The position numbers were made by a program, and so were the translations under genes. Shown here piece after piece: positions 1-8,495 of a DNA stretch of 64,000 bases. Location of the stretch: NCBI GenBank assembly GCA_017467585.1, contig JAFUSR010000004.1, positions 219,563 through 283,562 on the forward strand. Reading direction: 5' to 3'. The DNA is from Clostridia bacterium (GTDB lineage: Bacteria > Bacillota > Clostridia > Christensenellales > UBA1242). The notes under the pieces were generated by a model. The model saw only the letters and a program-made list of their open reading frames with translations, did no database searches and was not told the DNA's origin. Numbering within the stretch: the stretch's first letter is position 1; every line of letters starts with the position of its first letter.

Positions 1-693
1 GAGGCTCAGGACTGGGCCGAAATGTTATCGCGAATGTATTTAAGATATGCGGACATTATGGGTTATGAAACGCAAATAGTTGACAAGCTTGCTGGCGATG
101 GGGCTGGTGTGCGCAGCATTTGTATTTCTGTTTCTGGTGAGCATGCTTATGGCAATTTAATTAATGAAAAGGGTGTTCACAGACTTGTTAGAATTTCGCC
201 ATTTGACGCAAACAAACGCAGACACACTTCGTTTGCGAGCGTCGATGTAAGCCCTATTATTGATGAGGTCTCTGATGTGGAAATAAAACCTGAAGAACTC
301 AAAATCGACACCTATCGCAGTGGTGGGGCTGGCGGTCAACATGTTAACAAAACCGAAAGTGCGGTTAGAATAACACACATTCCAACTGGCATTGTTGTTC
401 AGTGTCAAAATGAGCGCAGTCAACTTCAAAACAAAGAATTTGCAATGAAGATGCTTAAAAGCAAGCTTTTGGAACTCCGTGAAGAAGAGAAAGAAAAAGA
501 AAAAAGTTTGCTTAAAAGTGGAGATAAAAAGATTGAATGGGGCAGTCAAATTCGCTCTTATGTTTTGCACCCATACAACATGGTTAAAGACCACAGAACT
601 AATTATGAAACAAGCAACACTGGTGCTGTGCTTGATGGAAAAATTGATGATTTTATTGTTGCAAATTTAATTTTAAACAGCAAAAATCAATAA
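1..693 (+). CDS. prfB: Peptide chain release factor 2, 5'-truncated by the window edge
   Basis: The frame is open from nt 1 ([13 protein letters not shown]...). It has the RF2 SPF motif ([18 protein letters not shown]) and the GGQ motif ([20 protein letters not shown]). Confidence 0.93.
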   Translation, partial: EAQDWAEMLSRMYLRYADIMGYETQIVDKLAGDGAGVRSICISVSGEHAYGNLINEKGVHRLVRISPFDANKRRHTSFASVDVSPIIDEVSDVEIKPEELKIDTYRSGGAGGQHVNKTESAVRITHIPTGIVVQCQNERSQLQNKEFAMKMLKSKLLELREEEKEKEKSLLKSGDKKIEWGSQIRSYVLHPYNMVKDHRTNYETSNTGAVLDGKIDDFIVANLILNSKNQ

Positions 694-829
694 AATTAAC
701 GCGATTTGCACAAAATTGATGCGTTTTGCATTGAACAAATTGTAAAACAGGTCAAAAAACGCAAAACAGTATGAATAAATTGCTAATTTGAGCGAATTAT
801 TTGCAAATTACACTAAGTTTGGAGAAAAT

Positions 830-1849
830 ATGAAAAAAGATGTTTATATTTTGGGAATTGAAAGCAGCTGCGACGATACTGGAGTGGCTGTTGTGAAAAA
901 TGGAAGAGAGGTTCTTTCTAATGTGGTTGCGAGCCAAATAGATATTCACAAATTATATGGTGGGGTTGTTCCTGAAATTGCCAGCCGCAATCACGTTATG
1001 AATATTGATGGTGCACTTGCCGAGGCTCTTGAAAAGGCCAATATTACGCTAGACGATATTGATGCGATTGCCGTCACTTATGGAGCGGGACTTCTTGGGG
1101 CATTGATTGTTGGCGTGAACTTTGCAAAGGCACTTGCCTATGCAACAGGCAAACCACTTGTTGCTGTTAACCACATTGAGGGTCATGTGTGCGCAAACTA
1201 TATTGCCTATAAAGAACTTGAACCACCATTTTTGTGCTTAATAGTTTCTGGAGGACACACTGCACTTGTTGAGCAGACGGATTATATTCATAAAAGACTT
1301 GTGGGAACAACTACTGATGACGCAATTGGTGAAGCATTCGACAAGGTTGCGCGTGAGTGCGGGCTTGAATATCCTGGTGGCCCAAACATTCAAAAGCAGG
1401 CCGCCATGGGAGAGGCAAACATACACTTTGTGACAAAACCACACGAAAAGCACACCAACTTTAACTTTTCTTATAGCGGACTTAAAACAGCAGTTATTAA
1501 CTATCTTCACAATGCAGAGCAGAGGGGAGAAACTGTTATCATTCCTGATGTGTGTGCATCATTTCAAAAAGAGGCTGTTGAGCAGGTGGTCACCAAAACC
1601 ATTGACGCCTGCAAAATGCTTGGCTATGACAAAATTGTTTTAGCTGGTGGAGTTTCTGCGAATTTGGCACTTCGTGAAACAATGAAAAGAGAAGCAGAAA
1701 AAATTGGAGCTGATGTGTTTTGCCCCCATATCAGTCTTTGCACTGACAACGCTGCCATGATTGCCTCTCGCGGATATTTTAATTTTGTTAATAATCACAT
1801 GATTGTTGATCCAAAGCATTTGGAACCAAAATCAACTTTGCCACTATAA
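830..1849 (+). CDS. tsaD: tRNA N6-adenosine threonylcarbamoyltransferase TsaD
   Basis: Kae1/TsaD hallmarks are present: ILGIESSCDDTGVAV, NHIEGH and LAGGVSAN. I moved the start to ATG 830, which sits behind GGAG; the track ORF starts at TTG 788. Confidence 0.9.
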   Translation: MKKDVYILGIESSCDDTGVAVVKNGREVLSNVVASQIDIHKLYGGVVPEIASRNHVMNIDGALAEALEKANITLDDIDAIAVTYGAGLLGALIVGVNFAKALAYATGKPLVAVNHIEGHVCANYIAYKELEPPFLCLIVSGGHTALVEQTDYIHKRLVGTTTDDAIGEAFDKVARECGLEYPGGPNIQKQAAMGEANIHFVTKPHEKHTNFNFSYSGLKTAVINYLHNAEQRGETVIIPDVCASFQKEAVEQVVTKTIDACKMLGYDKIVLAGGVSANLALRETMKREAEKIGADVFCPHISLCTDNAAMIASRGYFNFVNNHMIVDPKHLEPKSTLPL

Positions 1850-1854
1850 AAATT

Positions 1855-1884
1855 GGTGCTCAAATTGGAGCACCTTTTATATTT
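1855..1884 (+). terminator. Intrinsic terminator after tsaD
   Basis: The stem GGTGCTC (1855-1861) / GAGCACC (1868-1874) is followed by TTTTATATTTT. Confidence 0.75.
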
Positions 1885-1911
1885 TATATAAAATAAATTT
1901 TCAAAAAGTTG

Positions 1912-1940
1912 TTGACAACAACGCTGCCGTGTGTTATATT
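1912..1940 (+). promoter_or_regulatory. Sigma-A-type promoter of the rpmG-secE-nusG unit
   Basis: TTGACA at 1912-1917, a 17-nt spacer, and TATATT at 1935-1940. Confidence 0.6.
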
Positions 1941-1989
1941 ATCTTCGCACCTCGAGAAGTAGGTGTTAATTTTTTGAAGAGGAAAAACA

Positions 1990-2139
1990 ATGAGAACACG
2001 TATTACACTTGAATGCACAGAATGCAAACAACGCAATTATGACACATATAAAAACAAGAAGAACGATCCTGACAGAATCTCTCTTGATAAATATTGCCCA
2101 TTCTGCAAAAAACACACAGTTCACAAAGAAACAAAATAA
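1990..2139 (+). CDS. rpmG: 50S ribosomal protein L33 (zinc-ribbon C+ form)
   Basis: This 49-aa ORF is below the track cutoff: [49 protein letters not shown]. It has CxxC...CxxC, an upstream RBS GAAGAGGA, and sits directly before secE-nusG. Confidence 0.9.
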   Translation: MRTRITLECTECKQRNYDTYKNKKNDPDRISLDKYCPFCKKHTVHKETK

Positions 2140-2162
2140 TTTGTTAGAGGGTAGGAGAATTT

Positions 2163-2447
2163 ATGGCTAAAAAACAAGCTGCAAATCAGAGCGAACTTGG
2201 TTTAGAACAAAACAAAAAGGCTTTGGCTAAAAATAAAGACGCCAAAAAAGTCCAAAAAGAACAAAAGCCAAAACGTAACAGAGCGAAAGAAACTGTTAGC
2301 GAATTAAAAAAAGTTACCTGGCCAACCTTTGGCACAGTGCTCAAGAACACAGGAATGGTTCTTGCGGTTGTGCTAATCTTTGGTTTGGTTATTTTTGGAA
2401 TAGACAGTTTGCTTAGCTGGATTATCAAACTGATTATGAATATTTAG
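2163..2447 (+). CDS. secE: Preprotein translocase subunit SecE
   Basis: The 94-aa protein has a Lys-rich N-terminus and one C-terminal TM (TGMVLAVVLIFGLVIFGIDSLL). It holds the conserved position between rpmG and nusG and has RBS AGGAGA. Confidence 0.85.
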   Translation: MAKKQAANQSELGLEQNKKALAKNKDAKKVQKEQKPKRNRAKETVSELKKVTWPTFGTVLKNTGMVLAVVLIFGLVIFGIDSLLSWIIKLIMNI

Positions 2448-2458
2448 GAGTGAACCAG

Positions 2459-2983
2459 ATGGCAGAAAAAGAAGAAGCAAAATGGTATATCATCCACACA
2501 TTTACTGGCTATGAAAACATGGTTGTTGATGGCATTAACAAGGTCGTTGAAAAAAACGGTCTGCAAGATGACATTATTGAGGCCAGAATCCCTATGGAAG
2601 ATGTTATTGAAGAAAAAAATGGCAAGAAGAAAGTTGTTCAACGCAAAATGTTTCCTTGCTATGTGTTTTTGAAAATGCGCTATCGTGACAGTTTGTGGCA
2701 CACAATTGTTAACACACGTGGTGTTACCGGGTTCACTGGCCCTGCTGGAAGACCACTTGCGCTTACTGATGAAGAAATTCGCAGAATGAAACTCGAAAAA
2801 GTTAACATTGACCTTAAGGTTAATGTTGGAGACAAAATCAAGGTTATTGAAGGACCACTCGAGAGCTTTGTTGGAGATGTTCTGGCTGTAGATGCAGAAA
2901 ATCAAAAGTGCAAAGTTAGTGTAGAAATGTTCGGAAGACCAACACCAGTTGAACTTGGTTTTGATCAAATTGAAATAATTTAA
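2459..2983 (+). CDS. nusG: Transcription termination/antitermination factor NusG
   Basis: NGN (WYIIHTFTGYEN) and KOW (GDKIKVIEGPLESFVGDV) regions are present. ATG 2459 lies 8 nt after AGGAG and is preferred over GTG 2450. Confidence 0.92.
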   Translation: MAEKEEAKWYIIHTFTGYENMVVDGINKVVEKNGLQDDIIEARIPMEDVIEEKNGKKKVVQRKMFPCYVFLKMRYRDSLWHTIVNTRGVTGFTGPAGRPLALTDEEIRRMKLEKVNIDLKVNVGDKIKVIEGPLESFVGDVLAVDAENQKCKVSVEMFGRPTPVELGFDQIEII

Positions 2984-2994
2984 TTTGTTACTAT

Positions 2995-3010
2995 CTGGGT
3001 GGCCACCCAG
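2995..3010. repeat. 16-nt perfect GC-rich palindrome in the nusG-rplK spacer
   Basis: CTGGGTGGCCACCCAG is its own reverse complement and is not followed by a T-run. Confidence 0.9.
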
Positions 3011-3089
3011 TTGGTATATATGAGTGGGAGGTGTGAAATTTTAGCGCACCAATTAAACCACATTGCGACAAACGCAAAGGAGAAAGAAA

Positions 3090-3521
3090 ATGGCACCAGT
3101 TAAAAAAATTGAAGCTGTTGTTAAAATGCAATTGCCAGCCGGCAAAGCAACTGCAGCTCCACCAGTTGGTTCTCGCCTTGGACCATTTGGTATCAACCTT
3201 GGCATGTTCGTTAAAGATTTTAACGAAAAGTCAGCAGCTCAAGCAGGACTTATTTTGCCTGTAGTTATCACAATTTATGCTGACAGATCTTTCACTTTTG
3301 AGCTCAAAACTCCACCAGTTGCTGTTTTAATTAAAAAAGCACTTGGACTTGAAGCTGCGAGTGGAAAACCAAACACAGAAAAAGTCGGAACTCTTACAAA
3401 AGCACAAGTTGAAGAGATTGCTAAAACAAAAATGCCAGACCTTAACGCTGCAAGCCTTGAATCTGCTATGAGCATGGTTCGTGGAACTGCTCGTTCTATG
3501 GGCATTCTTGTTGAAGAATAA
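3090..3521 (+). CDS. rplK: 50S ribosomal protein L11
   Basis: The protein begins [27 protein letters not shown]..., and ATG 3090 follows AAAGGAG. The track start at 3063 is an upstream extension. Confidence 0.96.
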   Translation: MAPVKKIEAVVKMQLPAGKATAAPPVGSRLGPFGINLGMFVKDFNEKSAAQAGLILPVVITIYADRSFTFELKTPPVAVLIKKALGLEAASGKPNTEKVGTLTKAQVEEIAKTKMPDLNAASLESAMSMVRGTARSMGILVEE

Positions 3522-3535
3522 TGGAGGAAGAGTAG

Positions 3536-4225
3536 ATGAAACACGGAAAGAAATATGTTGAATCACTTGGAAAAGTAGACTCAACAAAGTTATATGATGC
3601 TGCTGACGCTCTTGCTCTTGCAGTTGAAACATCAACAGCAAAATTTGATGAAACAATTGAACTTCATGTAAAACTTGGTGTTGACCCAAAGAACGCTGAT
3701 CAACAGGTTCGTGGAAGCGTTGTTCTTCCTAACGGAACTGGTAAATCAGTTAAAGTTTTGGTTATCGCCAAAGGCGACAAAGCTGACATTGCTAAAGCAA
3801 ATGGTGCGGACTTTGTTGGTGCTGAAGACATGATCGACAAGATTATGAAAGAAAACTGGCTTGGTTTTGATGCCTGCATCACAACCCCAGACATGATGGG
3901 CCTTGTTGGTCGTATTGCTCGTGTTCTTGGACCACGCGGACTTATGCCAAACCCAAAGAGCGGCACAGTTACAACTGACGTTGCAAAAGCACTTAAAGAT
4001 ATTAAAGCTGGTAAAGTTGAATATCGTCTTGACAAGTTTGCTATTGTTCACGTAGTTATTGGAAAGAAGAGCTTTGGCGCTCAAAAACTTCTTGAAAACT
4101 ACGACGCAGTTATTGATGCTCTTACAAAGGCTAGACCACAAGCTGCAAAAGGAACATACTTCAAGAGTATTTCTGTTGCTAGCACAATGGGACCTGGAAT
4201 TAAAGTTGCATATAAAGCACAATAG
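3536..4225 (+). CDS. rplA: 50S ribosomal protein L1
   Basis: The 229-aa protein has uL1-family sequence ([32 protein letters not shown]) and lies downstream of rplK. Confidence 0.96.
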   Translation: MKHGKKYVESLGKVDSTKLYDAADALALAVETSTAKFDETIELHVKLGVDPKNADQQVRGSVVLPNGTGKSVKVLVIAKGDKADIAKANGADFVGAEDMIDKIMKENWLGFDACITTPDMMGLVGRIARVLGPRGLMPNPKSGTVTTDVAKALKDIKAGKVEYRLDKFAIVHVVIGKKSFGAQKLLENYDAVIDALTKARPQAAKGTYFKSISVASTMGPGIKVAYKAQ

Positions 4226-4239
4226 TAAAAAAAAGAAAG

Positions 4240-4266
4240 CCGACGGAATTTCCGCCGGTTTTTTGT
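4240..4266 (+). terminator. Intrinsic terminator after rplA
   Basis: The stem CCGACGGA / TCCGCCGG has one A.C mismatch and is followed by T6. Confidence 0.75.
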
Positions 4267-4280
4267 TTGCAAGACAATAT

Positions 4281-4310
4281 TTGACATCAAAAAACTAGAT
4301 ATGGTAAAAT
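4281..4310 (+). promoter_or_regulatory. Promoter giving a probable leaderless methyltransferase mRNA
   Basis: TTGACA at 4281-4286, an 18-nt spacer, and TGgTAAAAT at 4302-4310. The ATG at 4317 follows after exactly 6 nt, with no SD. Confidence 0.6.
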
Positions 4311-4316
4311 TGAAAC

Positions 4317-5024
4317 ATGAAGAAAGTTATTAATCAATGGAATAATGCAGCAAAGGCATATAGTGAAAGTCAAAGAACAGCACCTAACAATTTGACAAAC
4401 TGGCAAATTTTGACTGAACTTGTTGGTGAAGCAAAGGGCAAGGTTGTTTTAGACGCTGGCTGTGGTGATGGTTTCTTTTCTAACAAATTAAAAAAACTTG
4501 GTGCAAAAGTTTATGCGTGTGATGGTGCAAAGGCCTTTGTTGAAATGGCAAAGAGTGAATTTGACGGCATTGAATTTTCTGTTGAAGACTTAACCAAACA
4601 GTTAAGTTATAGAGACAATTATTTTGATATTGTTATTTCGAGTTTGGTGTTGATGGATATTGATAATATTGACACTTTTTTTGGTGAGGCAAACAGAATT
4701 CTTAAAATGAATGGAAAACTTATTTTTTCAATAATGCATCCTTGTTTCTTTTTGCCAGATTGGGTAAAAGATCAAAATGGAAAGAAACTGTACAAAAAGG
4801 TTGAAACTTATTTGCAGGAAAAAACGGAGTTGTTGCATTTTTGGGGAGAGACAACACATTATCACAGGACACTTTCTGATTATAGCAAAAGACTAAAGAA
4901 AGCGGGCTTTGCAATAAGTGAAATAAGAGAAAGCCCAGAAGACAAACAGTTTTTTAAAAACTTGCCAGAACAGCAACAAAGGGTTCCGCTGTTTGTTGCA
5001 ATAGAATGTATAAAATGTAGATAA
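4317..5024 (+). CDS. Class I SAM-dependent methyltransferase (substrate unknown)
   Basis: SAM-binding motif I is present (VVLDAGCGDGFF), followed by DIVISSLVLMDI. The gene is monocistronic between two intrinsic terminators. Confidence 0.8.
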   Translation: MKKVINQWNNAAKAYSESQRTAPNNLTNWQILTELVGEAKGKVVLDAGCGDGFFSNKLKKLGAKVYACDGAKAFVEMAKSEFDGIEFSVEDLTKQLSYRDNYFDIVISSLVLMDIDNIDTFFGEANRILKMNGKLIFSIMHPCFFLPDWVKDQNGKKLYKKVETYLQEKTELLHFWGETTHYHRTLSDYSKRLKKAGFAISEIRESPEDKQFFKNLPEQQQRVPLFVAIECIKCR

Positions 5025-5051
5025 CCAGTTGGCAACACAACTGGTTTTTTA
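5025..5051 (+). terminator. Intrinsic terminator after the methyltransferase gene
   Basis: The stem CCAGTTG (5025-5031) / CAACTGG (5038-5044) is followed by T6. Confidence 0.8.
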
Positions 5052-5149
5052 TCTTCACGTGCGCGCGTGAGCGCACCAATATTATATAGATGGGGCAGAA
5101 CGTACTTATTTTTTGCTAAAAAAATTTTTAAGAAATTTGTAAAAAGGTG

Positions 5150-5179
5150 TTGACACGCACCCGTGTGTGTAGTATTATA
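5150..5179 (+). promoter_or_regulatory. S10 operon promoter
   Basis: TTGACA at 5150-5155, an 18-nt spacer, and TATTAT at 5174-5179. An A/T-rich UP-like tract lies upstream. Confidence 0.6.
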
Positions 5180-5185
5180 TAAACG

Positions 5186-5448
5186 CTGCGTTGCGGCCTA
5201 GGGGTTATTATGCCCATTTGACGATACTACTAATACATAGTATTAGCAAGTCGAAAAATGAAGAAGCATTTCCGCTTGGGTTCGCATTTGGGTTGAGGCA
5301 GAAGGTTACCTGCTCCCAATGCAGGATAACTTTTGCTGACTATGGTGCCGGCAAAAGACTGGTGCGACAATCTCTTTGGATGCCATGGCATGCGCAGAGC
5401 CACCAAAGAACAAAGATTGCTAAAAAAATAATAATTGGAGGAAACTTA
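5186..5448 (+). promoter_or_regulatory. Structured, GC-enriched 5' leader of the S10 operon (unclassified)
   Basis: It lies downstream of the TTGACA(5150)-18-TATTAT(5174) promoter and ends at the rpsJ RBS. Four hairpins are evident:
- CTAATAC/GTATTAG at 5230-5246.
- GCAG/CTGC at 5298-5313, competing with CCTGC/GCAGG at 5309-5325.
- CTTTTGC/GCAAAAG at 5330-5357.
- TCTTTGG/CCAAAGA at 5373-5409, enclosing the palindrome ATGCCATGGCAT.
No U-tract terminator is present. Confidence 0.55.
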
Positions 5449-5757
5449 ATGGCAACACAAAAAATTAGAATTAAATTGCGTGCTTACGATCATGACCTTG
5501 TTGATCAAGCTGCTGCTAGAATTGTGGAAACCGCAAAGAAGGCAGGCGCAAAGGTATCTGGACCAGTTCCAATGCCAACCGAAAAAGAAGTTGTAACAAT
5601 ACTTCGTTCTGTTCACAAGCACAAGGACTCTCGTGAACAATTTGAAATGAGAACACACAAAAGATTGATTGATATCTTCAATCCATCAGCAAAGACTGTT
5701 GATTCACTTATGAAAATCGACCTTCCTGCTGGCGTTGATATCAACATCAAACTATAG
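5449..5757 (+). CDS. rpsJ: 30S ribosomal protein S10
   Basis: The protein begins [33 protein letters not shown]... (102 aa). ATG 5449 follows GGAGGA. The track ORF start at 5191 reads through the untranslated leader. Confidence 0.96.
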   Translation: MATQKIRIKLRAYDHDLVDQAAARIVETAKKAGAKVSGPVPMPTEKEVVTILRSVHKHKDSREQFEMRTHKRLIDIFNPSAKTVDSLMKIDLPAGVDINIKL

Positions 5758-5784
5758 GATTCAGGAGGAGAAAAGTAACATATT

Positions 5785-6417
5785 ATGAAACACGCTATAC
5801 TTGGTAAAAAAATCGGTATGTCTCAGATTTTCTTGGATAACGGCACAGTCGTTCCTGTAACTGTAGTTGAAGCAGGCCCATGCTTTGTATCTCAAGTTAA
5901 AACTGAAGAACACGATGGCTACAATGCCACACAACTTGCCTTTGTTGATGAAAAGGCTAGCAGAATTTCAAAACCACAAGCTGGACACTTTAAGAAAGCA
6001 AATGTTTCTGCTAAAAAATATTTAAAAGAATTTAAACTTGACCAAGCACTTGAACTTGGTGCTGAAGTTAAGTGCGACGTTTTCGCCGCTGGCGAAAAAG
6101 TTGACGTATCTGGATTCACTCGTGGTCGTGGATTTACTGGTAACATTGTTCGTTGGAACAACCGTCGCCTTAGAATGACCCACGGTACTGGACCAGTTCA
6201 CAGAGAAGTTGGCTCACAAGGTGCAACATCTCACATCAGCCACGTTGTTAAAGGTATGCACATGCCAGGACAATATGGTCATGAAAAAGTAACTATTCAA
6301 AATCTTGAAATTGCAAGAGTTGATGCTGAAAGAAATCTTCTTTTGATTAAGGGAGCAATTCCTGGACCAAAGGGAAGCATTGTTACAGTTTGCTCTGCAG
6401 TTAAGAGTGACAAATAA
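5785..6417 (+). CDS. rplC: 50S ribosomal protein L3
   Basis: uL3 sequence is present (ILGKKIGMSQIF..., GFTGNIVRWN). The gene is in conserved S10-operon order. Confidence 0.97.
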   Translation: MKHAILGKKIGMSQIFLDNGTVVPVTVVEAGPCFVSQVKTEEHDGYNATQLAFVDEKASRISKPQAGHFKKANVSAKKYLKEFKLDQALELGAEVKCDVFAAGEKVDVSGFTRGRGFTGNIVRWNNRRLRMTHGTGPVHREVGSQGATSHISHVVKGMHMPGQYGHEKVTIQNLEIARVDAERNLLLIKGAIPGPKGSIVTVCSAVKSDK

Positions 6418-6434
6418 GGGAGGAGGAAAAAACA

Positions 6435-7052
6435 ATGCAAGTTAAAGTATATAACACCAAAGCAGAAGAAGTTGGAAAACTTACACTCGCTGACTCTGTT
6501 TTTAAAGCTCCTTATAACGAAGCCCTTATACATCAAGTTGTTGTTGCTTATCTCGCTAACCAACGTCAAGGCAACAAAAGCACACTCACCAGAACTGAAG
6601 TTCGTGGTGGTGGAAGAAAACCATGGAGACAAAAAGGCACAGGTCGTGCACGTCAAGGCTCTATCCGTTCTCCACAATGGATAAAGGGTGGCGTTGTATT
6701 TGCTCCAAAACCAAGAGATTTCTCTAAAAAAGTTAACAAACAAATGAAAGCTGGTGCTTTTGTTAGTGCACTTTCTAGCGTTGCTGCAGATAAAAACCTT
6801 ATTGTTGTTGACGAACTTAAGCTTGACGGCAAAACAAAAGGTCTTGTTGAAGTGCTTGATGCATTCAAGCTTGACAAACGCATCACAATTGTTACTGAAG
6901 ACGTAAACGAAAACCTCGTTCGTGCTAGCGGAAACCTTGGTCTTGTTAATGTTACAACAGCACAAGATGTTAACACATATGACATTGCAAATGCTGAAAA
7001 AGTGCTTGTAACAAAAGCAGCTATCAAACTTATTGAGGAGGCTTGTAAATAA
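6435..7052 (+). CDS. rplD: 50S ribosomal protein L4
   Basis: uL4 sequence is present ([31 protein letters not shown]). Confidence 0.97.
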   Translation: MQVKVYNTKAEEVGKLTLADSVFKAPYNEALIHQVVVAYLANQRQGNKSTLTRTEVRGGGRKPWRQKGTGRARQGSIRSPQWIKGGVVFAPKPRDFSKKVNKQMKAGAFVSALSSVAADKNLIVVDELKLDGKTKGLVEVLDAFKLDKRITIVTEDVNENLVRASGNLGLVNVTTAQDVNTYDIANAEKVLVTKAAIKLIEEACK

Positions 7053-7342
7053 TGTTCGCACAAGATGTAATTATTAGACCAGTTTTAACTGAAAAGAGTT
7101 ATGCTGACATTGCAAACAAGAAATACACTTTCGAAGTTGCAAAAGATGCTAACAAAACTCAAATTAAACAAGCAGTTGAAACATTATTCAAAGTTAAAGT
7201 TAAAAGTGTCAACACAGCAAATGTGTTTGGCAAAATCAAAAGACAGGGAAGATTTGAAGGACTTACTGGAAACTATAAGAAGGCAATTGTTCAACTTACT
7301 AGCGACAGCAAATCAATTGAATTCTTCGACAGCTTGTCTTAA
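7052..7342 (+). CDS. rplW: 50S ribosomal protein L23
   Basis: The 96-aa uL23 protein contains [10 protein letters not shown]. Its ATG overlaps the rplD stop by 1 nt. Confidence 0.96.
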   Translation: MFAQDVIIRPVLTEKSYADIANKKYTFEVAKDANKTQIKQAVETLFKVKVKSVNTANVFGKIKRQGRFEGLTGNYKKAIVQLTSDSKSIEFFDSLS

Positions 7343-7371
7343 TTAATAGGAAAGAGGAGAATAGATAAATT

Positions 7372-8199
7372 ATGGCATTAAAATCATTTGAGCCGATAAG
7401 CGCTGGTCAAAGACATAAGACCACTCTCTCTTTTGAAGAAGTAACCACATCTAAACCACAAAAGAGCCTTCTTGAAAAAAAGAAGAAAACTGGTGGACGT
7501 AACAGCTATGGCAGAATTACAGTTCGTCATATCGGTGGCGGAAACCGTCAAAAATATAGAGTTATTGATTTCAAAAGAAACAAAGACAATATTCCTGCAA
7601 AAGTTGCATCAATTGAATATGATCCAAACCGCAGCAGCTTTATTGCACTACTTAACTATGCAGATGGAGAAAAAAGATATATCTTGGCTCCACTTGGACT
7701 CGCTGTTGGCGACACAATTGTAAGTGGTGATAACGTAGAAATTAAAGTAGGCAACTGCTTGCCACTAGAAAACATTCCTGTTGGTTCTATTGTTCACAAC
7801 ATTGAATTTCAACCAGGACGTGGTGGAAAGATTGCTAGAAGCGCTGGAAACAGTGCACAATATATGGCTAAAGAAGGGGATTATGCAACACTTCGTATGC
7901 CATCTGGAGAAATGAGAAAAGTTCCAACAAGTTGCCGTGCTACAATTGGTCAAATCGGTAACACCGAACACGACATTGTTTCTCTTGGTAAAGCTGGTAG
8001 AAAACGCCACATGGGAGTTAGACCAACTGTTCGTGGTAGCGTTATGAACCCAGTAGATCACCCACACGGTGGTGGTGAAGGTAAGTCACCAGTAGGACAT
8101 GCTGGTCCTATGACCCCATGGGGTAAACCAGCTCTTGGCTTAAAGACAAGAAAAAAGAAAAATCGTTCTAACAAGTTCATTGTTAAAAGAGTTAATTAG
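7372..8199 (+). CDS. rplB: 50S ribosomal protein L2
   Basis: uL2 sequence is present ([35 protein letters not shown]). Confidence 0.98.
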   Translation: MALKSFEPISAGQRHKTTLSFEEVTTSKPQKSLLEKKKKTGGRNSYGRITVRHIGGGNRQKYRVIDFKRNKDNIPAKVASIEYDPNRSSFIALLNYADGEKRYILAPLGLAVGDTIVSGDNVEIKVGNCLPLENIPVGSIVHNIEFQPGRGGKIARSAGNSAQYMAKEGDYATLRMPSGEMRKVPTSCRATIGQIGNTEHDIVSLGKAGRKRHMGVRPTVRGSVMNPVDHPHGGGEGKSPVGHAGPMTPWGKPALGLKTRKKKNRSNKFIVKRVN

Positions 8200-8210
8200 G
8201 AGGTAGGAAA

Positions 8211-8495
8211 ATGAGTAGAAGTGTTAAAAAAGGCCCTTATGTTGATGAGAGCTTGCTTAAAAAAGTAAACGCTCTTAATGCGGCTAACGAAAAACAACCA
8301 ATCAAAACTTGGGCAAGATCTTCAACAATCGTTCCAGAAATGATTGGTCACACAATTGCTGTTCATGACGGCAGAAAACATGTTCCTGTTTATATTACCT
8401 CTGAAATGATCGGATATAAACTTGGTGAATTCGCACCAACTAGAACATTTAAAGGACACAAAGTAAAAGCTGACACAACAGGAGGAGCTAAATAA
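8211..8495 (+). CDS. rpsS: 30S ribosomal protein S19
   Basis: uS19 sequence is present ([19 protein letters not shown]..., [16 protein letters not shown]). Confidence 0.97.
   Translation: MSRSVKKGPYVDESLLKKVNALNAANEKQPIKTWARSSTIVPEMIGHTIAVHDGRKHVPVYITSEMIGYKLGEFAPTRTFKGHKVKADTTGGAK

Noticed and set aside
5196-5409. The S10 leader has tmRNA-like features: GGGGUUAUUAUGCCCAUUUGACGAUAC resembles a tmRNA 5' end, and GCCACCA occurs near the 3' side.
   Set aside because: The putative 5' and 3' ends cannot form an acceptor stem. There is no T-arm (GGUUCGAnUCC), no tag-peptide reading frame ending in a stop, and the length (~210 nt) is too short. The resemblance is judged coincidental.
5191-5448. 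The track ORF 5191..5757 suggests a 188-aa S10 with an 86-aa N-terminal extension.
   Set aside because: The conserved S10 sequence starts at [10 protein letters not shown] (ATG 5449), directly behind GGAGGA. The upstream part lies downstream of a promoter, is GC-rich and hairpin-rich, and its translation ([17 protein letters not shown]...) looks non-protein-like. I treat it as a non-coding leader.
6297-7061. A very long (254 aa) antisense ORF lies opposite rplD. Similar antisense ORFs lie opposite nusG (2444..2968), rplA (3746..4222), rpsH/rplF (12371..12859), rpmD (14186..14575), secY/adk (16156..16701), groEL (36050..36709), rplL (51981..52385) and rplI (52775..53197).
   Set aside because: Each is the mirror frame of a highly conserved, codon-biased gene. 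Their translations are low-complexity (Cys/Phe/Ser/Asn-rich), they lack RBSs, and such shadow ORFs are expected from codon bias. There is no evidence for overlapping genes.
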